The notes beneath the pieces were generated by a model, which did not search any database, had not been told where the DNA came from, and saw only the letters and a program-made list of their open reading frames with translations. The position numbers and the translations under genes were made by a program. From Carcharhinus longimanus (taxonomy: Eukaryota), in NCBI GenBank assembly GCA_030264375.1, contig JASCQW010000154.1, positions 23,012,906 to 23,076,905 of the forward strand: DNA of 64,000 nt, written 5' to 3'. Of the stretch, positions 26,598 to 40,872 are shown piece by piece (the stretch's first letter is position 1; every line of letters starts with the position of its first letter).

Positions 26598-28149
26598 CCA
26601 CTGAATTTACATATCCTTGGGCACTAATGGGTAATTTAATATGGCTAATCCATCCAATCTGAACATCTTTGGAGTGTGGAAGGAAACCAGGGCACCTGAG
26701 GAAACCCAAGCAGACACAGGGAGAACGTTCAAACATCACACAGTCACCCAAGGCTGGAATTGAACCCGGGACCCTAGCACTGTGAAGCAGCAGTGCAAAC
26801 CTGTATGCTACCATGTCATTCAACCACGGTGCCACTGTAATAACCTCAGGGGGTACAGGAATTGAACCCACGCTATTGGCATCACTCTGCATCACTAACC
26901 AGTCATCCAGCCAACTGAGCTAAACTGACCCCCAATTATTTAGGTTACTTTTCATTGGCTGATTATATTTTTTAGTCAAATGTTCAGCCAGTAATCTCCA
27001 ACCTACTCTTGTTACCGTTACTCTTACTGTTTAACCCTTTGGGGACAGGGCACAACATGGTTAACAGTAGATAATGAAATACCAGGGGGGAGAGGTCAGC
27101 CCACTACAGAAAATGCAGAGATACTAAAAAAAGATATAACACATGTGTACAAGAGACAGCTTAACATTGGGGTTCGTTGGTGTAGTGGCAAATGTGAAGG
27201 TGCAGGAGCTTATAAGAAAATGTGTTGGCCATATTATTTTCAAATCTCATTTATTAATGAGAATTATAACATTTGTTTTCCTATGTATTAATCATTTGAG
27301 TCATTGGTCTCCTCAGTCATCTGAAGAATTACCAAGCCTAATGGACATCATCCTTGATTTCAAGGGTCCGCTGCTGTCGACAAATCATTTGAGTCTGCAA
27401 AAATCAGTTGGCTATGCTTTATAAGTGAAAAAATATTAGTCTTTTGCACAGCTAGAATTTCTTAATGCAACACGTTATGGCTCAAGTATCTGTTATCCAA
27501 AATCCTCAGGATTGAGAATAAAGTCCATATATTTTGTATTTTGTACATAAGATATTGCAAAGGGAAGTAATCTTCATAGAATCACAGAATCCCTGCAGTG
27601 CAGAAGGAGGCCATTTGGCCCATCTAGTCTGCACCGAATACAATCCCAACCAGGCCATATTCTCGTAACCCCACACATTCACCCTGCTAACCCCCTGACA
27701 TTAGGGTCAATTTTGCATGGCCAATCAACCTAACCCGCACATCTATGATCTTGTATCATAGTTGGAAATGAAGCAATATTTAAGTCTCAGCATGTGGTAA
27801 GAAGTATATCAGCAGATTTCAAGAGGACAGAAATTGATCATTTGGGAAGGCACTAGGAAGATGACATTCAATGGCAAGAGTTTTTAAGGAATTTATTTTG
27901 GGAGGACATGAGTGCAGAGCTAAAATAAAGGATGTTACTCGAACGTTTGGGCACAGAGAGCACAAGATGTTACATGTGACGAGATAATTAGAACAAACTT
28001 GGGGTTGAAAAGAGACATGAAGGAAGAAAATTATGCTAAAGCATTGTCAGTCCTTTCCTGCTCCTCAGCTCCAGCACTGCTCCCAGCTCTGAGTGACACA
28101 ATTTAGGGGAAGTGTGACAGTCTGGCAGAGGGTATAGAGGTGTTCCATA

Positions 28150-28520
28150 GGGGGAAGCAATGATCTAGTGGTATTATTGCTCAACCACTCATCCAGAACT
28201 CAACTCATTTTCTGGGGACATGGGTTTGAATCCCATCACGGCAGATGGTGAAATTTGAATTCAATTTTTAAAAGATCTGGAATTAAGAATCTACTGTTGA
28301 CCATGCAACCGTTGGCTGTAGAAAAAAACCCATCTGGTTCACCAATGTCATTGAGGGAAGGAAATCGTCCTTATCTGGTCTGGCCTACATGTAACTCCAG
28401 ACCCACAGCAATGTGGTTGACTCTCAACTGCCCTCTGACATGGCCTAGCAAGCCACTAGAGATCGGCAAAAAATGCTGGCCAGCCAGCGATGCATGTGAC
28501 TCACAAATGAATAAAAATAA
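28150..28520 (+). mobile_element. L2-tailed tRNA-SINE, near full length
   Basis: Head tagtggtattatt..gggtttgaatccc, body ctggaattaagaatctact, and L2-type tail. Confidence 0.8.
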
Positions 28521-31137
28521 ATGTGAATGTTATCAAGGTGAGTGAGGTTTGTTTGGTGGAATGACAGGAGAAGCTGGGATTGTTCTGCTTGGAGGGAAAT
28601 TTAATGGACAGCGGGGATGGGAGCCATCATTTACGTGGAGAGATTGAAGAGAGTGAGATGACAAAAGCTGTCTGCATGGCACACCCCCTTTTGATCAGGG
28701 TGACTGGATCATATTAGCGAATTTCTAGAAGATCACCGCTTATCAGATAAATATAGAGCTTATCTCTAGGCAATCATTTACTAATAAAATTCAGTTCAAC
28801 TTTTAATAGTGATAGAGATGTTTAATATTCCTTCAAACAGCTGCTGAGCTATCGGATAAAAAAATGTATATATGGAGACAGTGATCCAATATTGGATAAT
28901 GCACACATGCCTCTCTGTAGTTTTGGAAAAGGAGAACATTATCTGAGGGCATTGAGAGGTAAACTCTGAACACAAGGGGAAGCTACAGCATTGTGTTTAC
29001 TGGAAAACATGAGTCTCCACCTCTGTTAATCTATGTCTCGATTAAATGCTCACCTCTAACAGAGAGAATGAAGATTTGAAATACATTTGTAGATTTAGTG
29101 ACTTTTCAAATCCTTCACCAGAAACCTTTACTTGTATAGACAGTACACACATGCTCAGAGATATGACAAAACACTTGCAATTCAGATCTGGAGTGGGGGG
29201 TACAGAAACCATAGTTGGAAATAAAGCAATATTTAAATCTCAGCATGTCGTAAGAGGAATATCAGCAAATTTCAAGAGGACAGAAATTGGTCATTTGGGA
29301 AGGCACTAGGAAGATGACATTATTATTAGAATTATTAAATTATTATTATTATGAGAATTATTAAAGCAAGCAGGTTAGTTTAGAATAGGGAGCACTGTGT
29401 GCCTTATTTATGCCAAAGGTATCACAATGTGCCTCACTTATGTATCATATAAGGTTTTTGTCTGTATAGACATATATGTAACAGTAGTGAATTTTGGACA
29501 AATATTGTAGATTTAAAATGCAGTTTTAAATATTTTATAAACTTTGGCCAAAAGCAACCTGCCCTAAAGCACAATGGGAAAAAAAGCAGAACCAGGCAGG
29601 TCACATTCCCTGGAAGCAATAAGGTATAGAAATGTTACCAGTGAAAGGCATTGCTACCAGATTATAAAATGAATAGAAGGATTCAGATTGTAGTTGCAAT
29701 GAAAGATGTATTCAGCTTCAACTGATAAGGGGGTAGCTAGCAAACATAAGGAGTGACTCCCTTCTCATTCTCATGGCTTGCAGGTGGTGAGGGTGATCCT
29801 TGANNNNNNNNNNNNNNNNNNNNNNNNNNNNNNNNNNNNNNNNNNNNNNNNNNNNNNNNNNNNNNNNNNNNNNNNNNNNNNNNNNNNNNNNNNNNNNNNN
29901 NNNCTTGCAGGTGGTGAGGGTGATCCTTGAACCTACTGGTTATGCACAGGTATGGCTGCTAGCCCATAGTGGGTGGGGGGGGGAAGACTTCCGGATCAAA
30001 TCAACCAGTGAATTCCTAATTCTGTTAGGGGGTAGACTGCTATTGGCCAGGGGGGTTAATAATAAGTATTAAAATAATTGGATCATCAAGTTTGGATGGC
30101 AGATTGGGTGGGAGAAATGAACCTTCAAAAATGTATATCTGTTTTGCTCGTGTAATGTAAGGTCAGAGAGAAGTTGGAACCCTCTGACCGTCTCTCTCCC
30201 AATATGTGTTGGTCAAAGAACATCTTTAACTACATAATGTCTTTTGCAAGTCTTTGTATTAACTGAGATTGGCTAAATGTATGGCCCTCCAGAGGGAAGT
30301 CCCTGGAAAATTCCCTTACAGATGCAACATGGAAATTTAATGAAAATAAGAAAATAAATGGAAAATGGTCGACATTGAAGGGAATAATAATAATAGCAAG
30401 GCTTGATAATAGTGGTTTCATCTCAGTAGGGTGCTGATTCAAAGAAAGAGGAACTTAGCCTACAGCAGTAAGCACAGTGTCTCATTATAATTTAAAGATA
30501 GATTTACTAGAATATCTATTGAATGTTAATATGTCCTTTCTCCAGTTGCTCTCTCCAAATCTGAAGTTGCTCTTTCATGCCAGGAGATGCACCCCATGAT
30601 TGCCCTCCAACACGCCACAATAGTAGATGTTCATGTTTGAGTGTAGAATCTGAATCACCTGATTACTGATGGTGTAAGCATGGAACCTCACACTGTCCTA
30701 TGTGGACATTCACTAATAAAAATTTGAAACAGGGCTGAGAGACCACTCTCAGCAGTGGGCACACTCTCTACTTCTTGCTGTCATCAAAATCACTCAATTC
30801 TCCTGAAAAGTAATGCCAGTTTCACTCCCTTGCTGTTACTCACAGAGAATTCAGCACAGTCAAATTTCTGCTCCAACAATCCAATCTAATGTGGTCCACA
30901 CCAAAATAACTGTTGCTTTCAGCTTTAAGCTACCAGCAGTGGACACCTCTGGGATTTGTCCTTCTCTTCTTCTAATATATATCCATTCAGCTATCATAAA
31001 GAGCATCAATTACATATCTTTACAAGATTTTTTGACAACTCACTGAAGAGCAGTGACAAAACATCTGCCTCCATGTTCTGGTATGAGCTACTTTGAGACA
31101 TGAGAGCTGGAAAGACCGGAACTGAGTCCCGCCCTAG

Positions 31138-31765
31138 GAGCATAGGAACAGGAGTAGACCATTCAGCTCCTCGGGCATGATCCGCCATTCAATAAGATCA
31201 TGGCTGATCTGTGGCCTAACTCCATGTACCTGCCCGTCGCCCATATCCCTTGATGCCCCTGCTTAATAAAAAATTGTCTATCTCAGGCTTTAACAATTGA
31301 ACCAGCTTCCACCCCCATTTGAGGAAGAGAGTTCCAAGCCTCCACCACTCTCTGCATATTGAAATATTTTCTAATACCTCTCCTGAACAACTTGGCCCTA
31401 ATTTTTAGATTATGGCTCTTGGTTCTAGAGCTTTGAATTAGTGGAAACCATTTATCCTTATCCACCTTGTTCTTCCCTGTAAATATTTTATAGACTTCCA
31501 TCAGATCACCCCTCAACCTTCTGAATTTGAGAGAATAAAGACCTGTATTGTCTAATCTCTCCTTGTAGCTTAACCCCTGAAGTCCAGGTGTCATTCTTGT
31601 ATATCAGCTTTGAAGTCGCTTTTGCATCAAAACATCCTTCCTAAGGTGTGGTGCCCAGAACTGCCTGCAGTACTCTAAGTGGGGTCTAACTAGCATTTTG
31701 TACAATTGCAGTATAACAACTGCAGCCCTAGACTCCAGCCTTTTAGATATGAAGGCCAGCATTCC
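31138..31765 (-). mobile_element. CR1 LINE 3' fragment
   Basis: Encodes LSYKERLD..LYSLKFRRLRGDLMEVYKI...QRVVEAWNSLP and has a CR1 tail. Confidence 0.85.
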
Positions 31766-32499
31766 TCCAAGACTCAGAAGCTCAAACCAGGAAGCATTGA
31801 ATGAGAACAGGAACTGGAGCTAGAAGGAAGTGAGATGGTCACTGCAGTTAAAGCAGCAGCATTAGATTTTATATAACATGGGCTGGAATATGAATGTGGC
31901 CATTGCAAACTTCAAAATGTCAACCTTTGAGCAATAGGTATTAAGTAGTGAATGAAGTGACTGTACAATGGTTCCTGGCAGGTATATGCCAGATGCATGA
32001 ATGGCTGCAGTCTATCAGGAAATGTAGTTTCACAATATGTATCATGGGCTTGGGGCTATCCCTGGCCAGAAGAGGAGATGCCAGAGTGGTACTCCAGCTG
32101 TGCTCTGGCAGCACTCCTTGGAATATACTAAGAACATCATAAAAAGAAACAGTAATAGGCCACTCACTCCTTCGAATATGCTCTGCCATTCGATATGGTC
32201 AAGGCTGGTCCTCTATCTCAACTTCCCTTCTCACACTATTGCCAAAACCCTTAATTCCCTAAGCATTCAAAAAATGTATTGATTTCTGTAATAAATCTTT
32301 GGAGGCAGAAGTCCCCTTTATTTACTATTCCAACAGCAGTATACAGAGTGCCATCTGTCAGCAGTCTACCTCCGGGAGTGCCAGAGGAACTGACACTCCC
32401 AGTTCCATACAAGGAAATGACTCCCTGATTGGACCATCAATTGACTCCTTAATCAGGGAGTTCATATTCCAATAGGCCATTGTAATTTCTGTCATTATA

Positions 32500-33090
32500 A
32501 TTTCTGTCTTGCATATGCTCAATAACTGAATATCCACAGCTCTCTGAGAGAGAGAGTGTCAATGATGNNNNNNNNNNNNNNNNNNNNNNNNNNNNNNNNN
32601 NNNNNNNNNNNNNNNNNNNNNNNNNNNNNNNNNNNNNNNNNNNNNNNNNNNNNNNNNNNNNNNNNNNTCCACAGCTCTCTGAGAGAGAGAGTGTCAAAGA
32701 TGTGCGACCATTTGCATGAAGAAATTTCTCATCGTTTCTGTCCGAGATACCTGATCTGTTATTCTCAGACAATAGCCCCAAGTTCTAGACTCTGCAGCCA
32801 AAGGGAACCTCTTCCCAGCATCAACTCTATCAAGAACTTTTAAAATTGTGTACATCTTAATGAGATCATCACCGACTCTTATATACTTTAAAGAATATAG
32901 AAATTGCCTAATGGACATCCCTTCATCACAGGAATCAGTGAGGTGAACTTTTATTGTATTTCCTCCAAAGCAAATATGTCCTTCCTTAGGTAATGAGAAG
33001 AAAATTGCAGACACCACCAGGGCCTATAACTAGTAACAATTATTCTCTCCTTATTCCAATCCCTTTGTAATAAAGGCTAACATTTTTTAA
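32500..33090 (-). mobile_element. Degraded CR1 fragment
   Basis: Encodes LYSLKYIRVGDDLIKMYTILK...MRNFF. Confidence 0.65.
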
Positions 33091-33429
33091 AGTTTATTGC
33101 ATATGAAATTTCTGTGATCCATGCACAAAGACACTCAGGTCCCTCTCAATACCAACATTTCCCAGTCTATCAACTGCTAATAAGATGTGAAAGTAATCAA
33201 AAGTTATGTGCGTCAAACTTTACACTTTTTGTTTATTTTGTAATGGACTTCTATGGAATCAAAAAGATGGCTGCTGCAGGTCACATGATGCACAAGATGC
33301 ACAAGTTCTGGAAATTTCAAACAGCAGTTACAAGAACAAGAGGATTGCATTCTCACCATAGCGAATCTCACACCCCATTGTAAGAACACATTATAATTAC
33401 AAAACCAAGATCTCACAGACATTCAAACT

Positions 33430-34212
33430 CTTTAGGTTCACCAGATTGATTCCAGGAATGAAGGGGTTGATGTATGAGGAGAGATAAAACAGTTTGGCCT
33501 TATGCTTACTGGAGTTTAAAAGGATGAGAGGGGATCGGTGGCGTGGTGGCACAGTGGTTAGCACTGCTATCTTACAGCTCTAGGGATCTGCGTGTGATTC
33601 CCGGCTTGGGTCACTGTCTGTTGCGAGTCTGCATGTTCTTCCCTTGTCTACATGAGTTTCCTCTGGGTGCTCCGGTTTCCTCGCACAGTCTGAAAGATGT
33701 GTTGGTTAGGTGTATTGGCCATGCTAAATTCTCCCTGAGTGTGCCTGAACAGGTGGCGTGGTGTGGCGACTAGGGGATTTTCAACTTTATTTCAGTGTTA
33801 ATGTAAGCCTACTTGTGACTAATAAATAAACTTTACTTACTTTTACTGATTGAGGCCTATAAAATTTTAGAAGGGATTAAAAAGTAAATGGAGACCAAAA
33901 GGTTCTTCTTCAGGGGCAATCTCGAACAAGACGTCACAGGTATAGTTTGAGAGACAGTAGATTTAACACTGAGATGAGGAGGAACTACTTCTCGCGGAGG
34001 GTGGTGAATTTATGGAACTTGCTGCACCATAGTGCGGTGGTGTCTGAATGGTTCAAGAAGGAGATGTACTATCTGATAAAAATGGGGTAAGGGGTTATGG
34101 AGAACAGGTGGGGAGGTGGATTTCAGACCAGGGAGAGATCTGATTGAATGGAAGAGCAGGCTTAAAGGGCTGAATTTGCCTACTTCTGCTCCTAATTCCT
34201 ATATTCCTATGT
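33430..34212 (+). mobile_element. CR1 3' fragment interrupted by V-SINE type B (33538-33846)
   Basis: CR1 gagggatc|SINE|tgattgaggcctataaaatt rejoins across the SINE. Tail cctacttctgctcctaattcctat. Confidence 0.8.
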
Positions 34213-34978
34213 TATTCTTCTGAGGTACCAGCATTTCATCTCACACCTGGTACTGTTAAGATCCATTTCAAAAGGGAAGTATTGAAAAGAAGTGGATGTC
34301 ATTTGTATCTTTGTAAGTTTACCCCTCTATAGAGTCATAATTTCCTTCTGCACTCCAAAGATGTGCGTGTTAGGTTGATTGGGCAAGGTAAATTGCCCCT
34401 TAGCATGTCAGGGGGATTAGCAGGTTAAATACATGACGTGACACTAGGGCCTGGGCGGGATTGTTGTCAGTGCAGGCTCAATGGGCCGAATGGCCTCATT
34501 CTGCATTGTAGGGATTCTATGAGTCTGTGAAAATGATTACCCAAAACCGAGACATCAATATAGATTGTGACTTTTTCAGAGGCCAGTGACTGGGACATTG
34601 TAAGCCACAAAACAAAAGCAGATCCAAACAGCAGATAAACATCCCTTTTGAAACTATTGTGGAGAAAGGAGTCCACATGACTCGAGCGATCATCTTGAAA
34701 CTTTTATGTTCACCTTGAGAGCTGAGGAACTTATTTATCTCCAATCTGAAAGGAACAACAGCAAGTCTGCCATCTGACCAAACAACCGGCAACAAATCTC
34801 ATCTCCTCATCTCCTTGGTTTTGACAAAGGGGCACCTGACCTCGAAACTTCAGCTCTTTTCTCCCCCTACCGATGCTGCCAGACCCGCTGAGAATTTCCA
34901 GCCTTTTCTCTTAAGGTCTCATCTCTTCAAAGCCAATTCATCTGAAAGCATTCTGAAGGAATGCGTGCTGCTATCCTT

Positions 34979-35163
34979 GATGTGGAGATGCCGGCGTTGG
35001 ACTGGGGTAAACACATAAGAAGTCTCACAGCACCAGGTTAAAGTCCAACAGGCGTATTTGTAGAACTCCCACCCACCAGACAAAGGAACAGCCAGTTCCG
35101 AAAGCTAGTGGCATTACAAATAAACCTGTTGGACTTTAACCTGGTGTTGTGAGACTTCTTACT
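34979..35163. mobile_element. Penelope-like foldback element (family 1)
   Basis: gatgtggagatgccggcgttggactgggg leader plus inverted arms. Degenerate hammerhead at 35073-35111. Confidence 0.65.
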
Positions 35164-36272
35164 TTTGCTATCCTTGGCAGGAAACCACCAAAATTGAAGC
35201 CACTCCATTAAGGAATCTCCCTCTGGGTATCAACTTTCTGGACTTTGGAAATAATTTGAATTAATATTCATTTCTGTGGTTCTTTTACTGTTGTAATCCA
35301 TAATTGTAAAGCTCCCTCTTTTCCATCACCTGGTTGTTGTGTGTATACGTTTGTACATATAAGATTGTAGTTATCTCCCCCCTCCTCCCCACAGCCCATC
35401 CTGGGTTTGAATATGTGAATAAACTAACATTCTGAGTGAAGCGAGTTTGCTGCACAGTACTTATGAAATACTACCAGATTAATTAAGGGTTAGGACAAAC
35501 ATGCCATAGCCTAGTTTTAAAACAGTTCTGCCTAACCAGTACTTACTGACCAAGTCCCAGGAATAGAGAAGGGGGTGGGCCCCTGAGATCCAAATCTTCT
35601 CTTGCTGCTGAATCCTCTCTCCTATGACCCACACCATATGACACCCAGTGCACCTGTTCCCCTCTTCCTCTTCACTCCTCCCACTGTATCACTCAGTTGT
35701 GCCTGCAATGAAGGGGTCAGCACATCAGACGTCCACCCCAACTTGACCCTGGGGATGGTGTAGTACTGTCCGGTTAAGTGCCTGACTGACAATTAAAGTG
35801 GTGGACTTTCCTGAAAAAGGCAACATGGGGCTATCACAAACTCACCAGCCAGCAAGCAAGAACAACATCCCCCCTTCCCACGCCACTGTCTCCATTAAAT
35901 ATCGCTCATACTATTTTGGCACACACCCTGTGGAGATCAATAACTTATTTTAAAAACTGCAAAATATCGGAAATGCACAGAAGGCTGGTGGCCAAATAAG
36001 AAAGATAAATTGATCTTTGGATGGTATCATTCTCCAAATAACTCGACATTTTAAAATTACACTTGAGACATTGGCTTAACAAAACCAACTTTAAAGTGGG
36101 TAAATAGTGACATGTACTGACAATTTGGCAAATACTACCCATTAGCAGGAAGACTTTTATTTCCATGGAACTTAATCAAACACCTTTTGTTTCCACTAGA
36201 AGTCGATTTTGTTCATTTCTGTGGTTCTTTTACGATTGTAGTTGATAATTATAAAACCCCATCTTTTATATG

Positions 36273-36275
<3 letters not shown>

Positions 36276-36340
<65 letters not shown>
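36276..36340. repeat. (TG)n microsatellite, ~32 units
   Basis: Perfect TG run. Confidence 0.97.
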
Positions 36341-36344
<4 letters not shown>

Positions 36345-37397
36345 AGGTTGTAGATGCCTCTCCCCCACAGCCCGTCCCAGGGTTGAATATGTGAATAACT
36401 TACATTCAAATACTTAGTGGTTCCTCTGCCATATTGTCAAAGATATAAAATGTTTAAATGAATAGAGTCAGATGAGGATTCATTGAAGAAATTATGCAGC
36501 CTCCTTATATAAAGCATCTATACTTTCAGCTTTCAGAGTGAACACATTAATCAGATCAATGCATTTTGAAATAAGGCACATTATGTTGCTATCATTGATG
36601 TTTGCATTACATCCCAAGCTTCTATAAAACCTGTAAGCAAAATGTTGCTGTTTCTTTGACCTGCCAGTGTTGGATTTGAAAGCCTCTTTGAATTAACTAA
36701 AAGGCTGAAGCACAGAAAAGAGCCTCATAGTTAAGCTTTAGTAAAAAAATCTAATGCTAGCTTGAGTAAAGAAAATAACAAGATGTATTTTACAGCAAGG
36801 AACCCTGCAATCTACTGCAAAAATATAAAGACCAGATCTGAAATGGTTTCTGAAGCAGACAATATTCTCCAGTCTCCTTGTTTGCACTCACTCAACGTGG
36901 TGCCATGGGAGATCATAATCTAATCCTGGATTACACTGCTTCATCTTCCCATGTGTCTCAAAAAGGAATTATTCATGTTCTCCGTATTAGTGGGAATATT
37001 AGAATCTCCATGCTGCCTCCATTCTTGTTGGTTTACAGCATCTGTTTGGCTTTGCGGTCATCTCTGATCTAAGTCAGATTGTTGTGGGTTTATTTCTACT
37101 TGAATATTTGAATACATAACTGAGGTTTATACTCCAGAGCAACAATGAGAATGTGCGACACAATAAGAGGTGCTGTCCTTTTGGTAAAATGTCTGCCCGT
37201 TACCTGACTACCTGTTCAGGTGAGCAAAAATGTTTACAGGGCATCAGTTGAACAATAGCAGTGACAGTGGCCCTGCTAATGTTGAGGCCATTGTGAACAC
37301 TGCCACATATTCATCTGGATTCGAAACACCAGCTCTTTTCTCTCCTTACAAATGCTGCCAGACCTGCTGAGATTTTCTAGCATTTTCTCTTTTGGTG

Positions 37398-37795
37398 ACC
37401 ATAGCCCAGTCCATCATGCAAACCAGCCTTCCATCCATTAATTCCTTCTAAACTTCCAAAGCTTCAGAAAAGCAGAAAGCATAATCAAGTACCCTGGACA
37501 TACTTTCTTCCACTTTCTTCCATGGGGAAAAAGATACAAAAGTCTGTGAGCACGTACTAACCAATTCAAGAGCAGCTTCTTCCCTGCTGTCATCAGACAT
37601 TCGAATGGACCTACCATATATTAAGCTGATCTTTCTCTACAACGTGGCTATGACTGTAACACTATATTCTGCACCCTCTTCTTTCCTTCTCCCCTGTGTA
37701 CTCTACAAACAGTACATTTTGTATGTATAGCGCACAAGAAACAATACTTTTCACTATATCCCAGTACATGTAATAACAATAAATCAAATCAACCT
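37398..37795 (+). mobile_element. Rex1/Babar-like LINE 3' end
   Basis: aattcaagagcagcttcttccctgctgtcatcagac encodes FKSSFFPAVIR, a typical C-terminal motif. Tail aataaatcaaatcaa; a similar short tail occurs at ~52975-53018. Confidence 0.55.
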
Positions 37796-38402
37796 AAATT
37801 AATCGCTCTACGGAAACCACCAAAACAGATTAGCGAGTCATTTATTTCATTGGTATTCAGTAAGTCTGTGCTATGCGTAAACAGTTGGCTATCTTTATCT
37901 ACAAATAATAAAAGTTGTGGTCTTAAGACATGTTAAGATGTGAAAGCTATCAAATGGCTGGAAGTTCTTTTTTTGCAAATTCATGACCTAAAATGTTTAG
38001 GTGTCAGGGTGAATAAATGTTTGACCAAGCAATAATTTTCCAAACCCCACACAGACCCCAATAAATTTGACTTGCATTTATTTGCCTTCATTCACAGGGT
38101 ACACTTCATTGCTGAAAAATTATTAACATTAAACAAATTGGAAAATGAAGCTTAGAAAATTCCCAAGACTGCAAATTGCCATGAAGCAAAATCAAGGAAC
38201 AAAGAACAAAGAACAACACAGCATGGGAAACAGGCCCTTTGGCCCAACGAGCCCGCGCCGCCAAGGAGACACAAAGAATCCGGCTAACAGTTCTATTGCA
38301 GGTTCAGTTCTGTCTAAATGGCTCATCAAAAAAATAGAAACTGAAGTTTCTTTTTTTATAAATTATTGGACAATAACAAACTGATTCTTTCAAATATGGA
38401 CT

Positions 38403-38752
38403 TCATAGAATCATAGAAACCCTACTGTGAAGGAGGAAGCCATTAGGCCCACTAAGTCTGGATGGACTGTCCGACAGAGCATCTTACTCAGGTCCCATGC
38501 CATAAACCCACACATTTACCTTGCTAATTCTCTTAACCTACACATATTAGGACACTCAGGGACAACTTAGAATGACCAATCCACCTAACCTGTACATCTT
38601 TGGGCTGTGGGAAGAAACCAGTGCACCCAGAGTAAGCCCATGCAGACATGGGAAAGTGTATAAACTCCACGGAGAGAGTTATTCAAGGAACTGAACCCAA
38701 GTCCCTGATGCTGTGACACAGCTGTGCAGCCACTGTACCACCATGCTGCCCA
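38403..38752 (-). mobile_element. HE1-like V-SINE (CR1-type tail)
   Basis: catagaatcatagaa tail through to a reverse-complement tRNA head. Confidence 0.8.
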
Positions 38753-40872
38753 AATATCTGGCCAAGTACTAAGCAGGCTGGTATAAACCAGGCTTGTCTA
38801 AGCTGTGAGAGGAGGTTTGAAGTTAACAATTTTAGAATTAATGCCTCTTAAAATTAATGTCTAATATGACTTGTGGGTTAATTTGTCAAGGGTGCGCATT
38901 TCTAACTGCTGGAAATTGGTGGAGTTTTTATCCTTTCTACACTTGATAAGTGTGTAACCAACAATTGAAAATCACTGAGGGTGGTGTTATTGTTGCCACC
39001 CTTCAGGTTTGACCCGGAATCTCCAGATATTGAAGGTCAATTGCAATGTGAAAACCTGGAGAAAAATCATTGGAACATTAAAAAAGATAGGGCATTGTTT
39101 TGTTATTTTCTTCGAATTTCTTTTCAAAAATTTTGAAAAGGTGAAAGAAGTAGTCAAGCCTGATTCTGTTGGGAAATTAGTCTTTTTGCTTTCCAAAAGG
39201 TGTAGGAAGGCAGTGTGCCTCAATGGTGGCAGTGTGCCTCAATGGTGGAAGTGTTGGCTAACTAATGCTGGATCGTGGGAGCAAATCATGTAATGAAATC
39301 TTCAGAATACGCTTAGTCAGAGTTGGAAACTCTGGGAAGAGGACAGCATCCTGGCCGCTCCATTAATGCTAAAGACAAAAGATACAATTTCCAGGTGGAG
39401 CTGTCAATAGGGGAATGACATATGCCCTTTAGTGAGGAAATTTGCTGTCCTTACCTGGCCTGGTCTACATGTGACTCTAGATCCAATGCGGTTGAATCTT
39501 AATTGCCCTTAATTGTGAGGATTAAACATTGGCCCAGCCAGCGATGCCTACATCCCATGAATAAATCAAAAAAAAAATGACATGCCTGTTCGAAACTGGG
39601 AGGAGACTGGGTGAATATGAAAAGTAGGCAAGGACTTGATTCCAATTTCCAGGTACACATGGACAGAGTGTGTGCCAATCACTCTTGACCCATTTGTTGT
39701 AGGCTCTAAGGGACCTGGCCAACAAGGATTAAAAATAGGGCAAAGCCAGAAGAATCAACCGTGTTTCTCGTGGCCGTCAAAAAAAAATTCTGTCATACTG
39801 CTGATCTGTTTGGGACCCTCAGCAGAATCCATAACCCCCTCCCTCACCCAAAGGCCCCACCAGTCATTCGGGTGTCTGCCAAATTCTCAGCCTTCCACAC
39901 CTGGCAAACTATTCAGGAGACTTAAGGAGATGAAGTATTCTTTGGACCAAGAGTGAAGTGGTTGCTCCATCAACTTTGCACACATTTCAGGGCAAACTGA
40001 ATGCTTAGGTCCTTTGTGTTCAAGTCCCAGCAGCATCTGATGACTGAACATTTTGCATTAATTCATTATGTGAGACACTGCTGGAATGGAAGCTGTGAAT
40101 TCCCACAGATTCACTGGATTCTTTCTGCTGACAGGGTGGCCAGGGGTCACTTTTTGAATCGCTCACCTTCTACAGGTTGACGGAGACAAGCGGTTGTGAC
40201 AGACAGATAAGTCAGGGCTAATTCACAATATATTTCCTGAGCGTTCAGCTTGCATTTTTGAACAGATTCAACTCTAAGTGAGCAAAATTCCACCCATCAA
40301 TATTTTATCAAAACTGTTGATATTTCAAAAGGGATTACTCATGATGTGTTCATGGCAAATATCATTTCAGTAAAATTACTGACAGGAGGGATTTCATGCT
40401 CAAAATGATCAGGCGAAGTAACACAAAGATGGAATTTAATCTATTAGTTTCAAAACAGCCCATATTGAGGAAATTTGTTCAGTATAGGAATAAATCACTC
40501 ACCTTGAATCTTTGATATTTGTTATTTGGTTCAAAGATTAATTACATATCACCCTTGGTCCTGATTAGGTTCTGTGATGCATCCTATTCGATCTTGATTT
40601 AACCCAATGTGACTTAAATGGTTAGCATAAAATCAAAAGGGGTTAATTAAAGCTATACTGATGTTCGCATTGTCTTGTGAAATGCTTTAGTTCCCTGTTT
40701 TAATAAAGGGATTAACTGTTTTAAAATAAGTGGGTAATGGACTGCACAGGTTCATTTTGCTTCCTTTGAAGTGAACTGGTAATCTTTTCATTAAGACAGT
40801 GGACAAAGACATTTTATCCCAATATGTGACATGCTTACTTACCAGTATTTTTTATTTGTCTAAAGAAAGCAC

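Noticed and set aside
27010-27166. TGTTA...TAACA-bounded segment as a mini-LTR
   Set aside because: No target-site duplication and no second copy in the window.
39209-39246. 19-bp tandem duplication (ggcagtgtgcctcaatggt x2)
   Set aside because: A simple slippage duplication with only two units and no spacers. It is not CRISPR-like, and the DNA is eukaryotic.
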